A stretch of DNA of 32,372 nucleotides from Spirogloea muscicola (lineage: Eukaryota). Below are positions 12,027 to 22,400 of the stretch, piece after piece. Within the stretch, counting starts at the first letter, position 1. Each line of letters starts with the position of its first letter. The notes beneath the pieces are model-generated. The model was not told where the DNA came from and did no database searches. It worked only from the letters and a program-made list of their open reading frames with translations. The position numbers and the translations under genes are program-made. The stretch is from contig WELB01000012.1 in NCBI GenBank assembly GCA_009602725.1, forward strand, positions 577,487 through 609,858. The letters are read 5' to 3'.

Positions 12027-13579
12027 TTACGGCGGGCACACAGTAGTGGACACACAGATAAATCCACCACCAGTGGGCTTGGTGCAGCAGATCTGGTAAG
12101 AAAATTCACGTGATATGCATGAGGGGCACGTAAAATTAGCTGTAAGATCTAAGTCAAACAACAATCAGATTGCACTATCATGAAGAGGCATGCTGCATAG
12201 TGAGTGCTGTCAAAGCATTCCTGTACTAAATCCAAATACTTACGCATCTACTGGAAAGGCACCTACATGAAAAATGAGGTTGCTGACTTCGTCATGTTAG
12301 AGGAAAGGGCCTCAAGGGCTTCATACCTGGCCAGCAGGACAGCAGAGAGACTTCACACCGGTTGCCGACTTCTGGTAGCAGACCCGTTTAGGTGGGAGGC
12401 ATTGACCAGTTTTGGGGCAGCACACTGTGTTGACAGGGCAGAGGACAGTCGTGGTGCTGGGAGACGGCTGCGGGCAGACTCTCTGCTCATTGACACACAT
12501 TCCCTGCACGTACTACTAACAAAGTCAAACCAGAGCCAACAGCAGCAACAAGCACACTGCAGTGGCTACATGACAATCACAGAAGTGTCTCATGGGAAGC
12601 CATTCCCATGCCACGAAGTTGCACATACATAAACTTTTGGTGCTCCATCCAGCAGCACCAGAGCTCGTTCAGCTGATAACAGCAAATTGAGTTTGGGAGG
12701 CGTACCTTATAACAGATTTGATGGGCATCGCAGCAGCCGCAGGTCTGATTCTGGCGAAGGCACTGCCAATGTCACGCAAGAATCTTTAGTGCCTTCGCAG
12801 GAGGGCAAGTTTATCCATGAAGTATGGCAAGTTGTCTTTCGTTATTAGTAACTATGTGCCTGCAGCCATCACATTGTACAGTAATTCAAAGGAAAGAGGG
12901 CCAGCAAGCAGCTGCTGACAGAGTTGGAGGATCTTGAAACTCATGGCTGTCGCTACAGTTGAAGGCTCACTCTTAGTACTACAGCTGCACTACTTTGCAG
13001 GTACAATTGGTGTGGCTCTCAGCTTCCATGTTCACCAGCTACATTCAGGAACTGTATGACCAAGCAAGATTTTTCTGCTGAGAGGGATGCAGAGGTCCGT
13101 GGCAGTGGCGTTTCAGCTGTCGAGAGCGAACAACTATTATGAAGACCTAGCATCCCTTTGCAGGATGAGGCCCAAAAGCAGGAGTGGTAGCCACCACGAG
13201 TGCATAGGACAGGAGACTTACAACGCAGCATTGGGGAGTGCAGTAAGGTTGGCAGACCGTTTGAGCCTCGATTTGCAGCGTGGTTGCTGTATTCGAAGAG
13301 TGAAACACAAGTGTTACCCGGGAGCGTTGTTGCGGTTTGTAGGCAGACAGCAGAGATATAAACACATGGCTTGTACACGAGGCCGAGAGCGGCTGCTGGG
13401 CTACAGGTGTAGGAAGCAACAAATGCAAGGAGCTAAGCATGACCAAGGGGGAAGAAGAATGTGAAGTTAGCCCAAGTCAAAGCTGCCCACTTCATGGAGC
13501 TTAGGCAAGCGTCTCTGCAGTGAGTCTTACTTGCAAGCAGCACGAGGAGGGCGACCAGGGCAGTAGCCTTGAGAGCCAT
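12027..13579 (-). CDS. Secreted cysteine-rich protein, paralogue 2 (137 aa, 22 Cys); exons 13579-13531, 13286-13222, 12762-12706, 12503-12327, 12092-12027
   Basis: MALKATALVALLVLLA|TTTLQIEAQTVCQPYCTPQCCV|CLRQNQTCGCCDAHQICYK|GMCVNEQRVCPQPSPSTTTVLCPVNTVCCPKTGQCLPPKRVCYQKSATGVKSLCCPAGQ|ICCTKPTGGGFICVSTTVCPP*. Same intron positions and phases as paralogue 1; introns not obviously alignable. Confidence 0.88.
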
Positions 13580-14080
13580 GGTTGCCAGTGGAAGGAGGTG
13601 GTTGGGAGGGGTGTGCTAGGGGCTGGAAGTGTGAGGCTATGGGAGTAACTCGCCGCGACAAGCACACCAAGTAGAGGTGAACCTCAGGCTAGGGGCCGTC
13701 CCGCCAAGCCCTCACGAGCTTCTCTGCTTGCCTTCAAAGGGGCCGATTGTCGTGAAAGGCCAGCCCAAGATGAAAGGATAAGGTCGAAGCGGCCAGAATG
13801 CGCACGGAGGATTCACAGGGCGCGGGGGGAAAGGCGCCCTGGCTGAGTGGAGGGAGGACCAGGAGAGGGAGAGAGAGGGGCATCGAGGACAGAAGCGGCT
13901 GCTGATGTTCGGACGCGGTGGTGGCGTGAGCGAGCGGATCTGGCGACTGCGGGGAGAGAGGAAGTGGCACACACAATGGGGGCCAGGGCTGTGAAAATCC
14001 AGCCCGAAAAAGAATTGACCAAGGTTCGAAGGGGCCAAATGATGGAGGGGCCTAAAAAGCGCTAAGCAGCTACGAAAAAG

Positions 14081-14231
14081 AAGCGGCTGCTGATATTAAA
14101 AGAGCGGCTGTGAAAGCCAGCCAGATGCATACAGGTGTTCATGACGGAGCCACAGGCTAGACAGCCAGAAACGAACGGGAAGCGGCTGCTGATATTAAAA
14201 GAGCGGCTGTGAAAGCCAGCCAGATGCATAC
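14081..14231. repeat. Direct duplication of ~52 bp, 99-bp spacing; variant retro-3'-end motif on the minus strand
   Basis: AAGCGGCTGCTGATATTAAAAGAGCGGCTGTGAAAGCCAGCCAGATGCATACA at 14081 and 14180. Confidence 0.85.
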
Positions 14232-14439
14232 AACGAAGGAGAGAGAAGTGCGCGCCCATAGAGAAGAGGGGCTGGCAAAGCCAGCCCAAAACGAAGGGGC
14301 CTGAAGATGCTATGTCAGAACAGGGGAGGATGGACCACTAAGTAGGGAGAGAGGGGGAGCGTGCGGCATGGTCGTGGCCCAGGAGCGGGGACAACGGCGC
14401 GTGCCCTGCGGCTGGGGGATGGAGCTGTGGGGACAAAGC

Positions 14440-14657
14440 AGAAGTGGCTCTCCCTTTGGAAGCAAGGGCTGTGTGAAGCCAGCCCGAAAAGAATTGACAA
14501 GGTTCGAAGGGGCCAGATTACGAGCTAAGCAGCGACTTCGGGGCCTGAAGAGGCTATGGCAGAACGGGGGAGGATGGACCACTCACCAGTTAATCTGGCC
14601 GCGCTTGCTCTCGTAGTTACGAGTGAGGAGCCTCAAATCCGACAGACTAGCTGCCGG
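14440..14657 (-). mobile_element. Family D retroelement 3' end (last codons + 3' UTR), interrupted by a 27-bp family B insert
   Basis: Close match to 29846-30036; encodes PAASLSDLRLLTRNY. Confidence 0.85.
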
Positions 14658-15639
14658 ACAAAGGGACGATAAGGAGACCCACGATTGGTCGGTCTATACC
14701 GCGTTCACTCCTTTTGGGCTGGCCTTTCACATGTAATTTCTGCTGGCTGTTCACAGCCCTCGGCCACTTTTGGGAGAGCCACTTTCCTTCACAGCCTATG
14801 CCTTTTGTTGGAAGAGCTCGTTGTTCTTCCAGGTCATTCCTCCGAGGAGGATTCCTCCAATTTTTTTGTCTACGGGCGAGCAATTTCTCCGAGGGCAGGA
14901 TGTTGGAGCAGGGCGAGAAAGTGGCAGTCACGGTGCCGTGCAATGGGGCGGCCAGGGGAGTATCTCGGGGCGGCAGGGAGAGATCGCGAGAGATCGGAGG
15001 ATCGCGGCAGCCGCCGTAGACAGAGCAACGGCGGCTGCTTGCGCCCCGGTGACACGCCAGGCAGGCGTATCACCGCTGGCCGTCACAGCTGGCGCGGCTG
15101 TTGAAGAAGAACAGCGCTTCCAAATTGACTGACGGCTGTGAGAGCCCAGCCCAAATAGAATGGACAAGGTTTGATGGCCTGATGATGGGACCGACGAGTG
15201 GGCCCGTCGAGAAACAGCTCTTCCAAAATAAGGCAATGGCTGTGAGATGCCCTTAGAGGACGGGCGGGGAAGCGGGCCCGGTTGCCACAGGCCGTCGGGC
15301 CGCATCTCGCATCATCTCGGTGTGCACCGATGGCGGCCAACAGGCGTGCGCACCAAGCTTGGACGAGCCCGGGGGGGGGGTTTTTGTGCCGCCAATCGTG
15401 CCACGGACGGACGGGGTGGGGCCCCACGGGAAGAGGAGATAAGAAGGGTCAGCCGACAGGACGGTGGTGTTACAATGTCCAACTCAAAAAGCAGCTGCTT
15501 TCCTAAGGGGAAGAGAGTCATTTATTCTGAAGGGGGCCGAGGGCTGTGCTAGAAGAAGTGGCTCTCCCAACGGGGGCAAGGGCTGTGAGAAGCCAGCCCA
15601 AAAGAATTGACAAGGTTCGAAGGGCTGTGCAAGGCTTCG

Positions 15640-15686
15640 AAAAGAAAACTTCGTGTATTTGAAACAAACGAAGGCCAAATGGCCAA
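15640..15686 (-). mobile_element. Terminal fragment of family C 3' UTR
   Basis: TTCGTGTATTTGAAACAAACGAAGGCCAAATGGCCAAG matches 30535-30580, 32044-32080 and the reverse complement of 18459-18496. Confidence 0.75.
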
Positions 15687-15800
15687 GAGGGTGGACCCTG
15701 TGAAACGATAGCCTGTGCAAAGCCAGCCTAAAAAGGTGGAACAGGGTCCAAAGCGCCGAAAGGCGCCAAAATGCGTTTAGGCCGGGCGGAAAGGGTGGCG

Positions 15801-15845
15801 GCCCCAGTGCAGGCCGGGCTGCCCCCAGTGCAGGCCGGGCTGCCC
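15801..15845. repeat. 21-bp tandem duplication
   Basis: CCCCAGTGCAGGCCGGGCTGC twice in tandem. Confidence 0.8.
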
Positions 15846-16025
15846 AGCCCGGCAGCACCCGGCCCTGCCCCCTCCGAGAAGGAAGGGCTCGCCAATTGAG
15901 GATAGAGCGGGCCTGCCCGCCAGGAGCATCCGGCCTCCTCTTGTCCCCGCCACACAAGCACTGCCCGCGCGCCGCAGTGCGTCGGCGCGCCGCAGACGCC
16001 GCCGCCGCCGTCGCCGCCGGCAAGT

Positions 16026-16142
16026 GAGAGAGGGCGCGCGTTGCGCATGCATAACAGGATGGCCAAACCTCTAGCCATTACATTGTTCAGGCAAGAACAA
16101 CCAAGTTTCACAACAGCCAATTTGACAAGGCTTGGGGAGCCG
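16026..16142 (-). mobile_element. Diverged family A 3'-end fragment
   Basis: Contains CATTGTTCAGGCA and TTGGGGAGCC, as in 26370-26382 and 26501-26510; ends in GCGCGCCCTCTCTC on the minus strand. Confidence 0.55.
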
Positions 16143-16459
16143 AAAGCTGGTGTGTCGGACACGTCACTTGACGTGGATAGCTAGCCTAAACGCCTCCTAG
16201 CTTCAAGTAACCGGAAGAGATACATTGCTAGCTCCGACAACACTTCGAGTGCCACGTTGAAGAGGCACGTGCACCACGCGGCGCACGCACGGCGGAGGCG
16301 TCCTGGCCAGTATGGGGCCTGGCGGAGCAGCCCCGTCCTTTGTTCATTCGTTTTTGGGCTGGCTTTCTTCAGCCCCTCTCCTCAACCGGCGAGCCCTTCG
16401 CCTTTTTCGAGCCCCTACCCTCAATGGGCGAGCCCTTCTTCTTCCTGGCGCGAAATGCG

Positions 16460-16725
16460 TGAAATGGTCCTCCCTGATCCAGCATCTGGCCCGGCTTGTT
16501 GATGCGCGTTGTCGAAGTCGGGGGGGCAGCTTGGGCCACTCCAGCATTAGTTGCATACTACAGAATGCGGCTCTCGCTTAGTTTGCAGCGCTCGCAAGCA
16601 TTGGCTCTTCATCAACGTGCAGGGCGCGCTCTAAGTCAGGCCTCCGGCTTTTGTGGCGGCGCTCCAGCTCCCTTAGTTAGCTTGTCGGTTTGTTTGTGCT
16701 CACCCGTGGGTACTGATGTCACCTT
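16460..16725 (+). mobile_element. Family A fragment covering the ORF C-terminus
   Basis: KWSSLIQHLARLVDAR..SRGGSLGHSS..ALVAYYRMRLSLSLQRSQALALHQRAGRAL; close nucleotide match to 23162-23439 with small deletions. Confidence 0.9.
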
Positions 16726-16861
16726 AGAGAAGTGGCACTCTCAACGGGGGCAAGCGCTGTTAAACACCAGACCAGGAATCACAAAGGTTCGAAGGGGCCA
16801 AAGGACGGAGGGGCCTACATTCAAGGGCATAGGGATTAAGTCCAGGGTTTAGGGTTGCCTT

Positions 16862-17065
16862 GTAGTGCCGCGCCTTCTTTCTTTACACATGCTTTGTCGC
16901 CCAGCCATAAGTCGGCGTGCAGTTGCCCAACTTGTAATGCGGCGAGAACGACATCAACGAGGAGGCGAGGCCCGGCCGCTCCTGGGGTTGGCAACAACAT
17001 CCAGAAGCCTCACTTACGGTTTGCCGCGTTTCTTGATGACAGGCATGATTTCCGACACCTCCATT
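16862..17065 (-). mobile_element. Decayed RLE-domain fragment related to family A
   Basis: Minus strand reads MEVSEIMPVIKKRGKP*VRLLDVVA..GPRLLVDVVL...KKARHY, against MEVSGIMPISFRRGKPYVRRLDVVA..GPRLLLDVVL...KKERHY in the intact ORF. Confidence 0.8.
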
Positions 17066-17294
17066 TGAGCAGGCACCTTGGTGTTCTCTACATTTTTCGG
17101 CTGCTTTTGGACCTTGTTCAAATCTTATGTATCTTGTGGGCTGGCTTTTCACAGCCCTCGCCCCCTTCGGAAGAGCTGCTTCCTCGGAAGAGCTGCTTCT
17201 TTACTTTTTCGCTCTTCCCAACCTCTGGCTACTTATCAGCGTGCTGGGCGTCAGCCCACTGTCAGGCCACTTATTAGGCCACTGGCTTACGTGG

Positions 17295-17495
17295 AGGTGC
17301 GCTGGCTCCCCAAGTTAGCCTGTCAAATTAGTTCTTGCGTACTCGTGGTCACCAACGTCACACTCTTACCTTAGCCCCACTTAGCATAGGGCTTCGCTTG
17401 GTGTAGCCCCACCTTTTGCACTAGCGTTTGCCTGAACGTTGTGTTGGCTTAAATTGGCCTCTCTTCCACATCGGGTGCACCGCGCAGCTTCTCTC
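17295..17495 (+). mobile_element. Diverged family A 3' end (last codons + 3' UTR)
   Basis: GCTCCCCAAGTTAGCCTGTC...TGAACGTTGTGTTGGCTTAAATTGGCCTC...CGCGCAGCTTCTCTC aligns with 23380-23568. Confidence 0.75.
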
Positions 17496-18294
17496 CACAG
17501 CCACTGCTTCTTTCTGTGGCCCACCTATTCTTCTCCCTAGTGTGTCCGATTTGCCATTGCTGCCAGGGGCCTCAGAGTCCACTTTGGACCTTGTCCATTT
17601 CCACTAAAGGCTGGCCTTTTACACCCGTCGCGCCATTCTATGAATGTTCCTGTCTCTCATTTCGATTGCCGCTAGCCCTGTCTGACTTGCAGCGTATGAG
17701 GCTGAAGCTCCTTCCAACCTCAAACGTATTGGGCTGGCCGTTCAAAGCCATTGCTCCCTTTGAAAAATCCTCTTGGGCTGGCATTCGCGAGAGGCTGTGG
17801 CTGGCTATGAATAAGCAAAGTTCTTCACAGAGATTGCAATTACTGTGGGAGCCAGCCGCGAATGTGGATAAATCCCGATGGGTAAAGCAAGAGATGCCAG
17901 TCTCCATCAGAAGTGCTGTTTCAGAGAGGAGGCAGAAACGGCCAGCCCAATAGGAGAAGAAGCTCTTCCAAAAGGGGGCGACAATCAGAAAAGCCAAACC
18001 CCAAGAAATGGACGATGTCCAGAGGACGGCCCGGAAAGTTGTCAGATGGGGGTGATTGATTCCGGCTGTCGGCTGCTAATCCTACACTTTGCGGCTGTTG
18101 ACTAGAGGTCGTTGAGTACCAATTTGTAGTGGCCCCTTACGTATCTTTCAAGCAGGCTATCTAAATATGTCTGCTTTCGTAGATCTGCATGTTATCTATT
18201 CCCTGATGTTTCTATATAGGCGGACCTCACTGTCGGAGTAATGATTGCTGATGAGGAGGGAGCAACAGATGAACTCCATCGTTTACCTGTTCCC

Positions 18295-18500
18295 TTGCAC
18301 CAGAAAGCTGGGCGAGCTCTAGTTGGTGGCAGAAGGGCTCCATATCTGACATCTAGTATTCAGGCATCGATTAGCGACCTTTATGTTTTGACCCGTGGTT
18401 ATTGAGCGGGTCAATCTGCTGTAGGTTATGTAGGTCTTCAGATGTGCTTGCCTTTGTACTTGGCCATTTGGCCTTCATTTGTTGTAAATACACGAAATTT
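18295..18500 (+). mobile_element. Family C retroelement 3' end
   Basis: Encodes LHQKAGRALVGGRRAPYLTSSIQASISDLYVLTRGY* (TGA 18403-18405), gap-free against the intact ORF end LHQRAGRAL...SLSDLFVLSRGY*. Other copies at 29640-29820 and 30521-30823. Confidence 0.85.
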
Positions 18501-18693
18501 TTCCTTGGGGAGGGGAATCAACATTTTGACGAGGATTGCCATCACCTTTTGTCACCACTCTTTTCCTGGGCTGGCCTCTCAAAGCCACTACCCTCTCCTG
18601 GAAGCGCCTTTTCTTCTTTGTGCTGGCCCAGAAGCCGGCGATCTCACTCTTACATAGTTGTCTGCGGTGCAGCCAGCCATCATCTTGAGTGCA

Positions 18694-18833
18694 TTGACCT
18701 CAAATGGGCTGACTGATGAGGAGCTTGAAGTGGAAGAGAAGTAGCGACTATGTCTTGCAATGCTTGACCTCAAATGGGCTGACTGATGAGGACTTGAAGT
18801 GGAAGAGAAGTAGCGACTATGTCTTGCGATGCT
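18694..18833. repeat. Tandem duplication of a ~70-bp unit
   Basis: TTGACCTCAAATGGGCTGACTGATGAGGA(G)CTTGAAGTGGAAGAGAAGTAGCGACTATGTCTTGCRATGC at 18694 and 18764. Confidence 0.9.
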
Positions 18834-19459
18834 TCCGAATAAGTTCAAGACTAGTAGCCCTTAGAGTTAAGGAGGCTTGGTCTTCCACAACACTCTATAG
18901 CAGTCTCCATACTCCAGGGCAGAATGCAGGAACAGTCCAAGACCGACGCTTCTATGGAAAAAGTTGACATCCCTGTCATGCGAGAAGGCGTCGCTCGCGC
19001 AATGGCGTCAATTAGGCTAGATAACGACAAATACTGACGTGCTAGACTACACATGTAACAAACCGAATGGAATTGTCGATCCCGTTGGCCAGGCTGAAAG
19101 GAAATAGTCCGACGAGAGGCCAACATTGAGAATCGTTAACACTCACTGAAGTCCGCTTTGCGAGTGACAAAAGGACGATGGACTGACTACTGAATAGAGA
19201 GCATACACACAAGCAAATGTGCAGTACCTTGTCCACAAGATGATCACTCGTGCAAGGTCTGTTCATGCCAGTCGCTGATGGTGCTACTAGACCTCAACGC
19301 ACAGCCTCAACTGATGCAGCCTGAGACTAGTGCCCAAACTAGTTTGGCGTGCGTCGAGGCTGCTCACCACAGAATCACCACGACTTCTCGCAGTCGCGCA
19401 GCGGGTCCGTGCGAAGGTTTACTAGCTGCTGCGGCTCCTGCCCTCGGCGGCCCCTCTGC

Positions 19460-22400
19460 CCCACGCCACTGCCGGCTAATGCGCCCGCGCCGCCGAGCTC
19501 ATGGCCGCGCCAGGCCCCGGGGCGTCCTCGGGCGCCCCGCGCGATGCCGCGCCAGGCCCCGGGCCCCCACCGGGCGCCTCGCCGGCGGCCGAGCTTCCCC
19601 AGCCACCCTCGCCTGGGCAGCAGTCCCCCGCGCCCGCGCCAGGGGCATTTGTACCGCCCGTCGCCTCACGCCCCACGACGGCCGCCTCAGGCGACATCGG
19701 GCGCCCCGCTCCATGCCGCGCCAGGCCCCGGCCCCCCCCCGACTGCAGCGCAGCCCCTTCTGCCCAGGTTGCAGCTGCACTCGTCACCCGTCAATCACCT
19801 CCTGTCCCGCCTCCCTCAGCAGTACCGCTGTCCGTCGCACCGCAGCCGAGCACGCCCTTGCACCCTGCCACTCATGCCGCAGGGTGTATGATATTCTCTA
19901 GCGTGCGGCTGCCGCCTCCTCGTCCGAAGCGGGCTTGCCCCAACAAGTCGCCACCCCGGGCCAGGAAGAGTGCACGCAGCGAGGGTGGCGTGGCCACTGC
20001 CGCCACTTCCCGGGGCGGAGACGGCCCGAGTACGAGCGAGGCGGCCCCTGCTCCTCCAACTGCCCCTCCTATGTCCACCATCCCGGCACCCACCATTCCG
20101 GCGACTACCGCTGCCGCTGCCGTTGTTGCTGCTGTTGCCGCTTCTGCTGCCACTACCGCCGACGTGGCTCCTTCAAGCCCAAGTGGTTCCAGTAACAGGC
20201 GCAGGAGGGGTCGTCGGCCCCAGCCCCCGATGGCTTCAGCCCTCCCGCCTCTCCTTCCTACTCCCGCCATCCCTGCAGCTGCAGCGGCTGCATCCACACG
20301 CTCTGCTGCTACCGCTGTCCCCCAAATCTGCCAGTACTGCCAGCACCCCTGGCCTAGCCTGCGGAGCGTTCGCATGCACGAGAGCCACTGTTCCAGGAAG
20401 GCCAATCGCGCCAAGCAGCAGACCCAAGCCCTTGCTGAGGCCGCTAACCGACGACGGCAGCCCGGCACCCCAGCCCCGACACCCCCTCCCCCAGCTCCCT
20501 CGCCGGCTCAGTGGCGTTGGGCAAGGCTCCTGGACCTAGATGCGGTCATGCTGGAACCCAGTCTGCCCACCTTGCGGCACATTCCCCACTGGGCACGGCC
20601 GCACATCCAGCGAGCCTCGCGGCCCCTACTCACTCGGATGGCTCGGAACAGCTTCGACGAAGCTGCGTGGACTGTCTGGCACCTCCTCCCTCGCCTAGTC
20701 CTGGGACCCCTTCCAAGTGGTCCAAGCCGACGCGCGGTGATGCTAGCCAGGATTCAGCGTTTTGAGGGCGGTGCATGGGAGCAGCTCCTGGAGGAGCATC
20801 GCGCAGCTGTCCAGGTGTCCCAGGCGAATCGGCCCACCCCAGCCACCTCAGAGGCTTCAGCTGTCCGCCGAGCCATTCGTTTCGGCCGCGCAGGGGACCT
20901 TTCCCGAGCTGCCCAAGCTCTGGACCCAGCCACCCCAGCACCTCACGACGCAGAGACCCTTGCTGCTCTCCAGACCCTCCACCCCCCTGCCCCAAGCTCC
21001 CTACCCCCCTGGCTCGAGGAGTTTCAGCCCCCGACCATGGTGGACCTCAATCCAGAAGCTCTTCGGACAGCGCTGGTGCAGAGCCGGAAAGCAGCGGCCG
21101 GAGGGCCCTCGGGCATGCTCTTCGAACACCTTCGAGAGCTCTGGCTCGACGACGAGGCGGGTGACTTCAGTCTGCTGCACAAAGTGTGCCAAGCGGTTGC
21201 GCGCGGCCTCCTCCCACCCAAGGCCCGGGCGGCACTCACCAGCAGCACCCTGCTCGCTCTCTCCAAGCCCACCGGGGGCGTCCGACCAATTGCGATGGGC
21301 GAGGTCCTTACCCGACTGGTTTCAAAAACCCTATTCCAGCAGAACAGAGAGGCGGCGCAGCTCCACTTCTCTCCACACCAGTTTGGCGCAGGGCTGTCTG
21401 CGGGCGCGGAGACAGTGGTTCATGGTCTACGTGTTGCCCTAGACTGCAATCCCGATTGGATGGCTCTATCTGTGGACGTGAAGAATGCCTTTAACAGTGT
21501 TGACAGAGGTGTCATCGCCGAGGAGCTGCGCACGCATTTTCCCTCCCTCATCCCTTTCTTCCGGTGTTCCTACGGAGCACCCTCCCGACTGCTCTGGGGA
21601 GCGGGCACGTCACAGGTGGTCTTGCAATCCAGCACAGGCACCCGGCAGGGAGACCCTTTGGGCGGGTTCCTCTTTGCATTGGCACACCTACGTGCGCTGC
21701 GTAATACGGCGAAGGCCCACCCTGCCGTGCTAATCCCAAGCTACGCCGACGACACCACCCTGGTGGGACCCCCAACTGAAGTCACCAGCGCTTACAGCAC
21801 GTTGGAGCGCGAGCTTCACAGCCTCGGCCTCAGCATCCGGCCCGAGAAGTGTTCAGCCTGGTCTCCAGCCGGCATCCCTACCTCCAGCAAGCTGCCGGCC
21901 GGGTGCCAGACCCCACCACTCGGCATGGTGGTGCTTGGAGCCCCGTTGGGGGCTGCTGCGTATGTGGAGCAAGTTGTGGAGTCCACCCTTGAGAACCATC
22001 TCCGGACCCTCCCGGCCCTCCCCTCCCTACAGGACGCGCAGCTTGCGGTGGCCATCCTCACCCGGTGTGTGGCCCAGCGTCCCACTTACCTGTTGCGGAC
22101 TGTGCCCCCCACCACTGCACTAAACGCCATCTACTCTATCGTGGACTCCAGACTCCAACAGGCTCTTCATGGCCTGGTGGACCATCCCGACCTATCCGCC
22201 ACGCCGGCGGCCATCCTACAGTGTACCCTACCCATCAGTAAAGGCGGCCTTGGGTGCCGTCCATTGGCTCGCCTGTCCCAAGCAGCTCACCTGGGTTGCT
22301 GGGCCCAAGTGGCCTCCACCATCTCCAGTCGCTTCATCCTGAGGGGCCAGGCTGTTTTAGCACCCGCCATAGCGGGTGTTGCAACAGGGAACCTGCCCTT

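Noticed and set aside
14300..16300. Numerous overlapping 60-180 aa ORFs in GC-rich DNA (also 10200-11100, 27900-29700, 31000-32300)
   Set aside because: Expected from high GC, or shadow frames of retroelement sequence; no independent coding evidence.
18694..18833. CTGATGAG in tandem units as a hammerhead ribozyme or C/D snoRNA
   Set aside because: No correctly placed GAAA or supporting stems. The box C to box D spacing is simply produced by the tandem duplication.
18840..19320. Possible decayed ORF or extended 5' part of the intact element
   Set aside because: No motif and no second copy in the window to anchor it.
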